Below, one piece after another: positions 42,053-51,668 of a DNA stretch of 64,000 nucleotides (position 1 is its first letter; each line of letters begins with the position of its first letter). Position numbers and translations under genes: made by a program. Where the stretch lies: NCBI GenBank assembly GCA_964019335.1, contig OZ025684.1:372001-436000 (forward strand), written 5' to 3'. Below the pieces are notes generated by a model. That model was not told where the DNA came from. It ran no database searches and was given only the letters and a program-made list of their open reading frames with translations. The stretch comes from Diplonema japonicum (lineage: Eukaryota; Protista; Euglenozoa: Diplonemea).

Positions 42053-43420
42053 CTACTGGACAAAGTTCATCTCAGCAGTCCTGGACAGATTCTGGACATT
42101 CTTGTACCGGTCGTAGAGCTCCTGCAGGCCTTCCATGTATTCCTGGTGTACAAGTGTAACGTGTTCTTGAAGCTCGGGGTCCTTGGGGTCCCATTTCCCC
42201 TCCCATTTCTTCACACGAATAGGTTTTCCGATAACGGTGGTAATCTGCCTCCTATGAGGGAGAAGGCCGAACCTGTAATTAAAAACACCCCGTCCAAGGA
42301 AAAGAGGAATGGCAAAGCCAAGCTTCGCCTGAATCCATCTGAGAAACGGCCTTGTGGCAGGGTCCTTGTTGAAGGTTCGGTACACATCGTTCTCCCCGAA
42401 TGAGAAGCAAGGGACGAGGGCGGTACCATTCTGAACAGCGATTCTTGCGAAGCCCTTGCGCTTCTTAATAATGAGGTCGGAGGTGCCTGGGATGGCGTCG
42501 AGAGCTTCCTCGGCACCGCCTACAACAAGAAGAGCGGAGTCACCAGGTTGGCCTGTTAAAACATTGTTCAACGCTTCCTTAGACGCGTCGCCCATTGCTG
42601 CCCACCTCGCGAACTCCCTCCAAAGCGGCAACCAAAACTGAATCCCCAACGTTTGGACCGATATAAAAAGTTCCGGGAGCTTCTCGTCAATATCGTTCGC
42701 GCCAGTCCCGAAGTTAGTGACCGCTCCGAAAGAATGCACCCCGTGCGGGTGGAGAATGAACAAATAGTTCGCAGCTTTATCCTCGTGAACCTTTGTGAAT
42801 GGTGTTGCATCCGGCACACGGAGACGAATCGGGAAATATCTAGCGAATATCTTCCAGAATGATAAGTACCTCAACCAGCAGTACCTCCTAGGGTGCTTCG
42901 TCTTCGTAATATCCCACAACATGTATATGTTATAGCAAATGAGGAACGGCCACATGAACGGGATGAAGTACATCATTATGTACGCGAACAGGAAGAGCGG
43001 CAGGCCTGTGAAGAAGTTGAAGAGAATTGTCGCGAACGTTTGTAACCTCCTTTCCATCGGGGTGTTTAGCATGCTGCATGGTTCGGTGGGTGTGAAGCCG
43101 AGCCCTCCTTCGCCGTTTTCGGGGATTTTGGTGGGCCTGTCGCCCCCGCCGATGCCCTTTGCCCTGCCGCGCATAATGCGGACGCATTCTTCGCATTTTG
43201 TAAGGTCCTCCTCCACAGTGCTCGACCTTGTAACACTCTTCACCGCCTTCTCGAACAGGTCTATCTCAGCCTCGGCATCGATGTAACGCTTCTCGTCGTT
43301 CGCCCTTTTCTCCAACTCCTCCTTCAGGTCAGAGACATACAGTACAGACTGTTCCTCGCTAAGCGATGCAATCTGCTTAAAGGGATCCACGACCTCTGCT
43401 TCCGACGGGGGCGGCGTCAT
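42053..43420 (-). CDS. DGAT2: Diacylglycerol O-acyltransferase 2 family
   Basis: RRLQT, YFP, HPHG, VVGGAEE, RKGFARIA...LVPCFSFGEND, GRG...GLLP.R..ITTVIGKPI. Confidence 0.92.
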   Translation of the reverse strand: MTPPPSEAEVVDPFKQIASLSEEQSVLYVSDLKEELEKRANDEKRYIDAEAEIDLFEKAVKSVTRSSTVEEDLTKCEECVRIMRGRAKGIGGGDRPTKIPENGEGGLGFTPTEPCSMLNTPMERRLQTFATILFNFFTGLPLFLFAYIMMYFIPFMWPFLICYNIYMLWDITKTKHPRRYCWLRYLSFWKIFARYFPIRLRVPDATPFTKVHEDKAANYLFILHPHGVHSFGAVTNFGTGANDIDEKLPELFISVQTLGIQFWLPLWREFARWAAMGDASKEALNNVLTGQPGDSALLVVGGAEEALDAIPGTSDLIIKKRKGFARIAVQNGTALVPCFSFGENDVYRTFNKDPATRPFLRWIQAKLGFAIPLFLGRGVFNYRFGLLPHRRQITTVIGKPIRVKKWEGKWDPKDPELQEHVTLVHQEYMEGLQELYDRYKNVQNLSRTAEMNFVQ

Positions 43421-43541
43421 CTGTTCTTACTCCTTTTTTCTTTTATGTAATGCCTATTTCATTTTTTTTTTTTTTTTTTTTTTGGTGGGAAAAAAAAAAA
43501 AACGGAACAGATTGCGAGCAAAAAAAAAAAAAAAAAAAAAA

Positions 43542-44369
43542 TTATTTTTCCTCTGATTTTTCACCGGCCTCGGGCTCAGGCGGAGCAAGGATAGACGGCT
43601 CTGCCTTCGGGCTGGATTTGCACTTCTTCTCCCCGGACTCCTTCGATTTCGACTTTTTCTCAATAGAGAACACAGTGTGGCACGCACCATCGACCTTCCA
43701 CTGCACCTCCAAGTCATAAAGAATTGTACCATAGGACTGCACCCCTGTGGAATGGTCGCGCTTGTAACTAGGGCGGGGGTCCTGCTTAAGGATAGAAGTG
43801 ATGAAGGCGAGGAGGTCAGGGTAAGCTGTGGAGTGCGCGCTGCAGAAAGAGGCAGGCTGGAGATCAAACACAACATCTATGTCAGGGACCTCAGGACGAT
43901 TGTCTGCAAACCCGTCGCTTGCCTCAGGTAAGCTGTCTGAGTAAGGAATGTAAGGCTTGATGTCAAGTACTGGGGTCTTGTCGAGAAGGTCCCCACCCGA
44001 TATCTCAAGCCACAGTTTTCCATTTTTGTAACAAATCTTATCAAGCTTAACGCACGACATCCCCATTCCATTGGGGCGGTAGGTTGATCTGGTAGCGAAT
44101 ACACCCTTCTTCTCCCCCCCGCTCAGCTTGGGAGGCCTTACCAAGGAGTTCCAACCCTTGTCAGCAGTCTCGTGGAACCTGAAGATCACCCACACGTGTG
44201 TGAAGTCTTCCAACCCTCGGACGAACTCCTCCCTGCTATATGCAGGGAGGAACATGACTTTCAGTTTCGCCTCTGGGCAGAGCCGTGGCTGCCTTGGGAT
44301 GGCAAACTTCTGCTTGAACGGTGACTCTATGACTGCAACCGGCTCTAATACGTACCTTTCATCCATCAT
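43542..44369 (-). CDS. TRMO: tRNA m6t6A37 methyltransferase (TsaA/TrmO/YaeB)
   Basis: SPFKQKFAIPRQP, GLEDFTHVWVIFRFH, VRPPKL...GVFATRS.YRPN, DLLDKTPVLDIKPYIPYSD, QDPRPSY. Confidence 0.92.
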   Translation of the reverse strand: MMDERYVLEPVAVIESPFKQKFAIPRQPRLCPEAKLKVMFLPAYSREEFVRGLEDFTHVWVIFRFHETADKGWNSLVRPPKLSGGEKKGVFATRSTYRPNGMGMSCVKLDKICYKNGKLWLEISGGDLLDKTPVLDIKPYIPYSDSLPEASDGFADNRPEVPDIDVVFDLQPASFCSAHSTAYPDLLAFITSILKQDPRPSYKRDHSTGVQSYGTILYDLEVQWKVDGACHTVFSIEKKSKSKESGEKKCKSSPKAEPSILAPPEPEAGEKSEEK

Positions 44370-44450
44370 TTTTCTTTTTCTTTTTTTTTTTTTTGTCTTT
44401 TTTTTTTTAATTCCCCTCTCCTGCTTTTGTTCTAGTTGGTTTAGTGATAT

Positions 44451-45352
44451 TCACGATTTTGCTTTAACCATTAAGCCCACGATCGTGGCTGTGAGCGTCT
44501 TGCGAAGTCGAGTGATGCGATCCCGCTTGTAGGCGGCCTTCAAATCCATCAGCTTGTCGTGCGTGGACTGGGTAGCAAAAATGGGCCTCTTGGAGAAGCC
44601 TATAGCTGCCTTTCCTCCTATGGCGATGAGGGACTTCACCCTTTTCTGCTCGTCCGCTGGGAAGGGGCGTCGCTTCTTCCGTGCCCTGCACGCTGCGTTT
44701 ATCTTTACGATTAGGGCCTTGATTCTGCGTGCCCTATCTTCCAGCAGGCCTCCTGATGATTTACCGGTCGTCCATTCGAAGTCAATGGCTAGCTCCACGG
44801 CCGACACCTCCGAGGTGGTGTCCTTCTCCACCCAGCGCAGCTGTGACAACCATTGTAGCAGCGGGTTCAGGTACTGGGACAGGACCCCACCCACTCCTTC
44901 GAGCTCGCCTGCTATCGGAACGGGGCATCTCTTTCCTACATTTCGTTCCCACGGTAGCGGCTGTGTGTTGACGTCCTCCTTCTGCACGAGCTCCACGTCC
45001 CGCTTCTCAACCACCACGGCCAAGTATCGTTGCAGTTTTTCCAGGTATGCAAAGGCATGTCCTCTCGGCAGTATTGCGTGTAGCTCAAGACACAGGGCCA
45101 TCCCGTCCTGTCGCGCAGCGGTTCCAAACCGTCCTGTGCCAGCTCGTCCCGTGCGCAGGCACACTCGTAGAGCTGATGGCGGAGTAGGGTTACCGTGTCC
45201 GGGTGTGGTGACTCACACAGGTCACACCTGAACCCTTGTGTGAGTGGTACTTCCGTCGTTGGGACGTGGTCTATGCTGTCCCCGTCTTCCTCGGTGCCAT
45301 CTCCTTCTGGTGCCAGGGGGACGCTCCTTTGACTCGTACCTGCATGCGGGCT
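44451..45352 (-). mobile_element. Second, diverged and frameshifted copy of family A retroelement C-terminus
   Basis: FRCDLCESPHPDTVTLLRHQLYEC; LNPLLQWLSQLRW...; aligns with 7390-8250. Confidence 0.8.
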
Positions 45353-45559
45353 AAAAAAAAGGAGAAGAAGCGTAGATAGATGAAGTTGCCAAGAGGGGGG
45401 CGGGAATGCTCTATGTGCGCAAAGGAAGCGAAAGGCGCACAAAAAGAAAAAGAAAAAAAAGTTCCCCTTTTTTACAGTTTATATTAAACACCACACGGTA
45501 TGAGCATAGAGCCATCAATAATTCAATTTTCAAAAAAGAAAAACAAAAAAAAAAAAATT

Positions 45560-46438
45560 CTAGAACACAAAAGGAACAAAGCTCTTCACTTTCTTTTGGT
45601 ACTCCTTGTACTCAGGGTATTTCTCCGCCGAGATTGCCTCCGTCAGCTGCCTGCTGCCGTTCATCAGCAGGAACAACATATAAGAACCGATGGAGCTAAC
45701 ACAGCCATAGTGGGGCAGACCCCTGGCTGGGATGATGAAGGCCGCAAAAAGGAACCAAAACGTCATTTCGCAAAGCCAGTTAGGATGGCGGGAGTAGGCG
45801 AAAAGCCCACTACACACAAAGCCCTTGTTATAAGGCGCAGGGAGGGCAGCAATTGTCTTGCATTCCTTAAGCAACGAGTACTTTTTCGTTTGAAAACGTT
45901 GTTGCTGAGCGTCAGCGAAGTGCTGCACAACAAGCACAACGAGCATTGTAACAGCGAGAGCACCGTCAGCACTACTCAGTGGCGCTCCATCAATGACTGC
46001 AAACAATGGGGACGAAAAGCCCAGGATCAGAACTAGCTGGTACATGCAGATTATAATCAGATTGAACAGCACCCAGACCCAATAGTTCTTCAGGGAGGGC
46101 CATCCCCTGACGTGGATCCATCTGTAGTCCTCTTCCCCTTTCCAAAACTTCCAGCCTCCGTTGAAACCGCCTTTCTTCCTGAACTCGTTGCCGAGCCTGG
46201 CGCCCCACACCACTACTAGGGCACTCATCAACAGCACCCTGCCTTCCACGTGCCCTTTAGTGTAATACAAGTACCCCAGTACTTCTATCGTGTAGATTAT
46301 AGGTGCCGTGGTCCACAGCTTGTCCACCTGAGAGACGTTGTCGGTTGCCCACCCGATGAGGAATGATCCTGTGATCAACACAGCGCAGGTACCCCCGACG
46401 AGGTGGAGCAGGGCTTCATCACAGTTGTAGCCTTCCAT
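45560..46438 (-). CDS. DUF1295 / steroid 5-alpha-reductase-like membrane protein
   Basis: NVSQVDKLW, WGARL, EDYRW, ADAQQQRF, SGLFAYSRHPN, TEAISAEKYPEY.EYQ. Confidence 0.88.
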   Translation of the reverse strand: MEGYNCDEALLHLVGGTCAVLITGSFLIGWATDNVSQVDKLWTTAPIIYTIEVLGYLYYTKGHVEGRVLLMSALVVVWGARLGNEFRKKGGFNGGWKFWKGEEDYRWIHVRGWPSLKNYWVWVLFNLIIICMYQLVLILGFSSPLFAVIDGAPLSSADGALAVTMLVVLVVQHFADAQQQRFQTKKYSLLKECKTIAALPAPYNKGFVCSGLFAYSRHPNWLCEMTFWFLFAAFIIPARGLPHYGCVSSIGSYMLFLLMNGSRQLTEAISAEKYPEYKEYQKKVKSFVPFVF

Positions 46439-47035
46439 ATTTCTTTTTTTCCCTCCCTTCTTCTTCTTAGGGCTATGTTGGAAGAAAAAAAAAGGAGAAA
46501 AAAAAAAAAGAAAAAAAAAACTCAACGGTTTTTTATTGTCGTATTTTTTTTTTTTTTTTTTCCCGTTAAAACGTTGTAGAAGAAATAGGCGGGCGTGTTT
46601 CCCAAAAAAGAAAATGGTTTTCTATGGGAATTGACCCTTGTTCCTTCGCTCACCAACAACCCCGTGCTCTTACTTCTTTTATAAAAAAAAAAAAAGAATA
46701 AAGAGTCGGTTTATTGTTGGCTTGTGCACAGCCAGGGCTGACCTGTAGAAGGACTAGCCCAACAAGGTTTCGCATTGTTTTCCTTGTTCAAACAAAATAA
46801 TAAAAAAAAGAGAGAGTCGGTTGATTGTAGTTTTTGTGCGGTATAAATCCCTGGGATAATTACTGCATGCTAACAATACCACCTTTTTTTTTTCTTGATT
46901 ACACAAAAAGAAGAGGGGGGAGGAAAAGAAAAAGAAAAAAAAGAAAACACTGTAAGAGCTTTCGTAATAACGGTAAACTTGTTTGTGAACAAGCATATCA
47001 ATATTACATGAGATAAAGGAACTTGTAGTTCTCAT

Positions 47036-47326
47036 TTAGCAGAGGTGCACAAGTGCGGATGAAGCCGCAGCCACACCGCCCAGGACAGCCGCGACACAGG
47101 TATTGACACCACCGGTCATCACGAATGCCTGCACACAAGAAAAAACACTTCCAGCAGCAAGTCCCACACCATTGGCGCTAGCAGCTGACGACATGGCAAC
47201 AGCAACAGTTCCCCCTGCCACGGGGCCGACAGAAGCGACCCCACATAAACAACCTAATATAGGACCAACAAGCATGAGGGAACCAAAGAGAGCTCCGCCG
47301 AGGAGAAGAGATTCGAGGAATACCAT
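47036..47326 (-). CDS. Small hydrophobic IFI6/IFI27-like protein
   Basis: G..SVGPVAGGTVAVAMSSAASANGVGLAAGSVFSCVQA resembles the IFI27 signature. Confidence 0.6.
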   Translation of the reverse strand: MVFLESLLLGGALFGSLMLVGPILGCLCGVASVGPVAGGTVAVAMSSAASANGVGLAAGSVFSCVQAFVMTGGVNTCVAAVLGGVAAASSALVHLC

Positions 47327-47578
47327 TTTTTTTTCATTTTTTTTTTTTTTGTAATTACTGTAGAATGAAAAAAAAGTGAGGGCAGCCAGTGCCCAACCAC
47401 AAATATAGGTGCCCAGCTTCTTGTTGATAATCTCGAAAAAATAAAAAATAAAAAGGAGGGGGGGGATCCACCAGGAATACTCTAAACAAGTATTTTTTTG
47501 ACAATTTCTCCAGAAGAATTGACGGGGGGAATGGGGGTCTTTGAGCAATGAATAAGCAGGTCGAGAGTTTCCTTTGGG

Positions 47579-47617
<39 letters not shown>

Positions 47618-48289
47618 ACGAAAATATGTCTGTGCTTTTTGTTTTTTGTTTTTGTTTTTTTTTCCCCATGTATGAAAAAATCAGGTCTAGAAACAGTGGT
47701 TAGAAATACTTTAGAAACAAAAGTTTTTTTTTTTTTCACCGTCTTTCCCCTCCCCCACCCCCCTTTTTTTTTGTGATTGCAATTGCACTTGTCAGACCAG
47801 GAGAGCCATTCTTTGGCAGTCTCTCTGTTTGAACATAGCTGCAATTTCTTTTTTTTTTTGTTGTTCCCCGTTTCTTTCCTCCCTCTTGTTTTGCATCTTG
47901 AATAGATAACCCCCCCCCCCCCCCCCCCTCCTTTTTTTCATTGAACGAGAATGCAGACTCGTTCTACTGGTAAAGAAAAGGAAACAACATCTCAAGAGAC
48001 GGAAAAAGACGAAAAGAAAATCGATTTGAGGAGCCTCTAAATGGGGCTTTGATTGCAACACTATTTGTCGTTAAGTGCGCGTTGAGGGTCTATCTTATTG
48101 TTACCCTTCTGCGTCGCTGCGGCCGGGTAGGTCAGCACGAATCTGTCGCTCCAGTCGTTTCTCCCAGTCGCTGTTCGAGGATCTGCAAAAATACCCTAGG
48201 ATCCGTTTGTTTGCATCAAATGGATTGGAAGGAGGATGTCAAGAAGAGTTTCCCGTGATAGGAGGGGATCGTCGAAAAAAAAAAAAAAA

Positions 48290-49007
48290 CTCGATCTATT
48301 TTTGCGGTGCGCTGGTTGGTGCCCACCGTGGACGGGGGATCCTACACGTGCCTGTCACCATTCTGCGGTTGCATCCTGGTGCCGGCCGTCGGGGTTTGCC
48401 TGTCCGTCATGGACGGCATCTGCGCTAAGAACATCGGTCGCAGTCCCTCCAAATAGGGGGCTGTTTGGGTTGACGAGAACAAGGGTCTCTTGTCGTAGCC
48501 ATGCATCGCTGGTGCGCCCAGGTTTCTCAGGGAGTGTACTCTGGTCATCCTTCTTGCCGGGAAGCCGCTTTTGTTGCCCTTTGCCGCACATGCTTGCACT
48601 CTATTGAGGATGTAGCAGACGTGCGGCTTTTCTCTCCAACAGACTGCTCTCCCCATGTTCCCCGTATAAGGATATACCGGTCGCCATCTCAAAATCAATT
48701 GCCAGCTCCATCGTGGTGATTGACGTCTTCTTCGATCCTAGGTACCACCTCAGACCTTGCAGCCAGGGTAGCACATGTTTCAACTGCTTTTTCAGTATCT
48801 CACCCGTTGCTCCGTGCGCAACAAGCATCTCCTCCGTCGGTACCGGGCATCTCCTCCGTCGGTACCGGGCATCTTGTTCCGGCCGTCGTCTCTTTCCAAG
48901 GATATGGTCTTATAACATGCACCGTCCTCTCCGCTGCTCTACTGTCACGCAACGCCACCATCGCACCAGGTAGCTCTGCACCAGTCGCGCTTGTTTCTGC
49001 ACTTCCG
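48290..49007 (-). mobile_element. Family B retroelement, second copy
   Basis: Near-identical to 8979-9697, with a different 5' truncation point. Confidence 0.85.
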
Positions 49008-49018
49008 TGAAAAAAAAA

Positions 49019-49157
49019 CTCGAACTATGGGATCCTACACCATTCTGCGGTTGCATCCTGGTGTCGGCCGTCGGGGTTTGCCTGTCCGTCATGGGTGGCA
49101 TCTGTGCTATGAACATCGGTCGCAGTCCCTCCAAATAGGGAGCTGTTTGGGTTGACG
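49019..49157 (-). mobile_element. Short family B copy with its 3' hairpin deleted
   Basis: Aligns with 8979-9163 except for two internal deletions. Confidence 0.75.
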
Positions 49158-49344
49158 CGAACGAAAGAAAGAGAAAAAAATCTCAAATGTTCGTATGCAG
49201 TTTGCTGCCAAATGGAAACGGAATACTGAGGCACGAAGGTAGAGTAGAGGATTATCACTTACAGAGGACTTCTTTAAAAAAAGAAAAATGGGGCTTTGAT
49301 TGCAACACTAGGTGGCGTTAAGCGTGCAATGAAGCACGAACTAC

Positions 49345-49615
49345 CTACTTGATTACAGGGGGCGCGCCTCGGCCGAGCAGTAGCTTCTTCTGCGTTCCGC
49401 GTCGTGTCCTTAATGCGTGCGGTGTGCTCAACCCTAGCCGGGGCGTCCCGGGTAACCAAGATTCTGCGCTCGTGCAGTTTGCTGCCTGTTCGTCACCCTG
49501 AGCATCTGCGTTACGTTCTTCCACTCGGGCGCTACCGGTGATGACCGACGAGGAGGTCAACAGCGAACAACACATCTGATGTACTTCTTTTATTTTCATG
49601 TTATCCCCACCACCA
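49345..49615. repeat. Dispersed repeat E, second copy
   Basis: See 15525-15800. Confidence 0.85.
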
Positions 49616-50081
49616 AAAAGAAGAGAGAATACAAAAACGCACAAAGTTCACTAACACAACACGAGTGGGTGGCCCAAAAGAAGAAAGTCTCCTGTCACAG
49701 CCCCCTGTTACCCCTTCCCCCGGAAAAATGTCGCATATTGTGTTTTGGTGTTGGGGGGCGGGTATTTCGTTACCGACCCCAAGGTCTAAATGAACAAAAC
49801 AGGAAAAAAAAACTCAAATTAACATGCAAACTCCCAGAGCGAAAGCCGCATGCAAAAAGAAAAGATGTCTTTGAGGGAACCTGCAGTATGTGACAGGGTC
49901 GCCTGAAAAAAAAGAAGAAGAAGGTTCCTCACGATTTAGTACCTGCTAATTTTTTATAAAAAAAAGGCTAAGTTGTAAAGTTGACCCCCCCCCCCCCCCC
50001 CCCCCACCCACCCAATTGTTGATTAAAGCATCAGTATATAATTTAACCCTTCCGTTTTCCCCAATCCCTCCCTTTCTACAT

Positions 50082-51668
50082 CTACATATGTGGCAGCTGT
50101 CTCACAGGGCATTCCGCATCGCGCATAATGACCCCTGATGCATACGAAAAGTCCCATTCACGTGTAGCGGGGATGTGCGTCCTGGGCCACTGCTTGCGTC
50201 CCAAGGACTTCCCATTGACAGTGGCGTACTCTGGGGGGATCACCAGCGTGCACTTCGCATCAGCCATCTTATAAGTGAAGGCAGAGCAGGACGGGATTTC
50301 GTGACACCGCACAGCGCACGCAACAGGCGTGGGGACCATCGTGGTGACAGGTTGCAACTTGGTACCAAGCCCTTCCATGTGGGAGTACTTGAAATTGGTT
50401 TCGATGAAGGCTGACCCGGTGCCCCTTGTGGAGTTGAAGTCCGCAAAGCGAGCATTAGCGGAAACGGGGAGACCGAGCTTCATGAACCTCGTGCGTAGCG
50501 CACGGACAAACCGGAGAATAGAGTAGCTGATGATACCACTCATGTCGATAACAGACAGGTCAGTACGAAACCCCCTCAGATCCGTCTGTTTTCTTTGTGT
50601 CTTTCTCATGTAATATTGTAAAGACTTCGACCCGTAGTGGTTGTAGCCGATACCGGCGGCACAGCAGTTCTTGGAGTACTGAACCGGGTTTTTGGAACCG
50701 CCGCCTGAATACAACCACCGGCTGCATTGCTTCGTGTCGTCCGACCACGGTGTCAGCTTGCATTCATCGTTCTTGAAGTTCGAACCTTTTCCGGACGAGT
50801 GTTTCCAAAATTTGCTCAATCTTGGGTTCTTTTTCCATTCTGTGGTGTTGACGGGCCAGTGGACCATCCCGAAGTGGTCGGGGGTGAGGCAGTTCTTCGT
50901 GTTGAACATAACCTTCATGTGCCTGCATTCGATACAAAAATTGAAGGGTTGATTCCTACACATTGGCAGTCTGGAGTATTTCCCAGTATTAACATGCGCA
51001 CAATTCCCTCCAGACGCGAGGAAGTTCTCAGACATTAAGCCAGCAGGGTGGTAGTTGAAACCGTTCGTTCCAAAACGCTCCCATCTTATAGTAACATGCG
51101 ACTGTAGTGGGTCGCAGTTGTTGGTGACGAAGGACGATAGGTCGCAGCCGGTGTGTGGGAAGATGAATTCATCTGTGTCGGCAAAGATGAGCCAGTTTAC
51201 TAGATGTCCCATTTTTTCGGCGCAGTATTTTGGTGCGATGCAGTTGTGTTTCCAGTTTTGGGTTGGGATAACCATTTCGCACCCCGGGTGGTGCAGTGGC
51301 ATCTTTCCTGGTATTATTGTTAAGAAGCCTGTTTTTTCGTAGTACTTCATAATGGCTTCGGAGCCGTCGTGGGTTTCGTTCGTGTTGTCGTTAACCAGCC
51401 ACAGGTGGTCCACCCCTGAGAGGATTTGTAGTTCGATCCATTCTCGAAGCCAGGCTCCAGAGCCTCGTGTTTGTCCGCAAATTCCTAAGTTGTACCTTCC
51501 GGCTGTCATTTTTCCAAATGTCTCGTTTTCTTGCGGTATTTGGGGTTGCGTTGCGGTTTTGATCTCGTTTGTCTCGCAGTTTGTGCCCTTCGCTTGGGGT
51601 CTTGGGAACGATACCAGCCCGGCCACCATTGCTACCGCCATGAAGATACCGCACTTTAATTTGCTCAT
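50082..51668 (-). CDS. GT-A fold glycosyltransferase (GT92/GT2-like) with C-terminal PAN/Apple domain
   Basis: N-terminal anchor; LREWIE..ILSGVDH.WLVND; WLIFADTDEF (DxD); NHYGSKS; ACAVRCHEIPSCSAFTY...CTL. Confidence 0.8.
   Translation of the reverse strand: MSKLKCGIFMAVAMVAGLVSFPRPQAKGTNCETNEIKTATQPQIPQENETFGKMTAGRYNLGICGQTRGSGAWLREWIELQILSGVDHLWLVNDNTNETHDGSEAIMKYYEKTGFLTIIPGKMPLHHPGCEMVIPTQNWKHNCIAPKYCAEKMGHLVNWLIFADTDEFIFPHTGCDLSSFVTNNCDPLQSHVTIRWERFGTNGFNYHPAGLMSENFLASGGNCAHVNTGKYSRLPMCRNQPFNFCIECRHMKVMFNTKNCLTPDHFGMVHWPVNTTEWKKNPRLSKFWKHSSGKGSNFKNDECKLTPWSDDTKQCSRWLYSGGGSKNPVQYSKNCCAAGIGYNHYGSKSLQYYMRKTQRKQTDLRGFRTDLSVIDMSGIISYSILRFVRALRTRFMKLGLPVSANARFADFNSTRGTGSAFIETNFKYSHMEGLGTKLQPVTTMVPTPVACAVRCHEIPSCSAFTYKMADAKCTLVIPPEYATVNGKSLGRKQWPRTHIPATREWDFSYASGVIMRDAECPVRQLPHM

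Noticed and set aside
44420-44451. T-tailed end for the second family A copy
   Set aside because: Not present. This copy has a different C-terminus and runs into the A-rich TRMO leader, so it is a counter-example or has lost its end.
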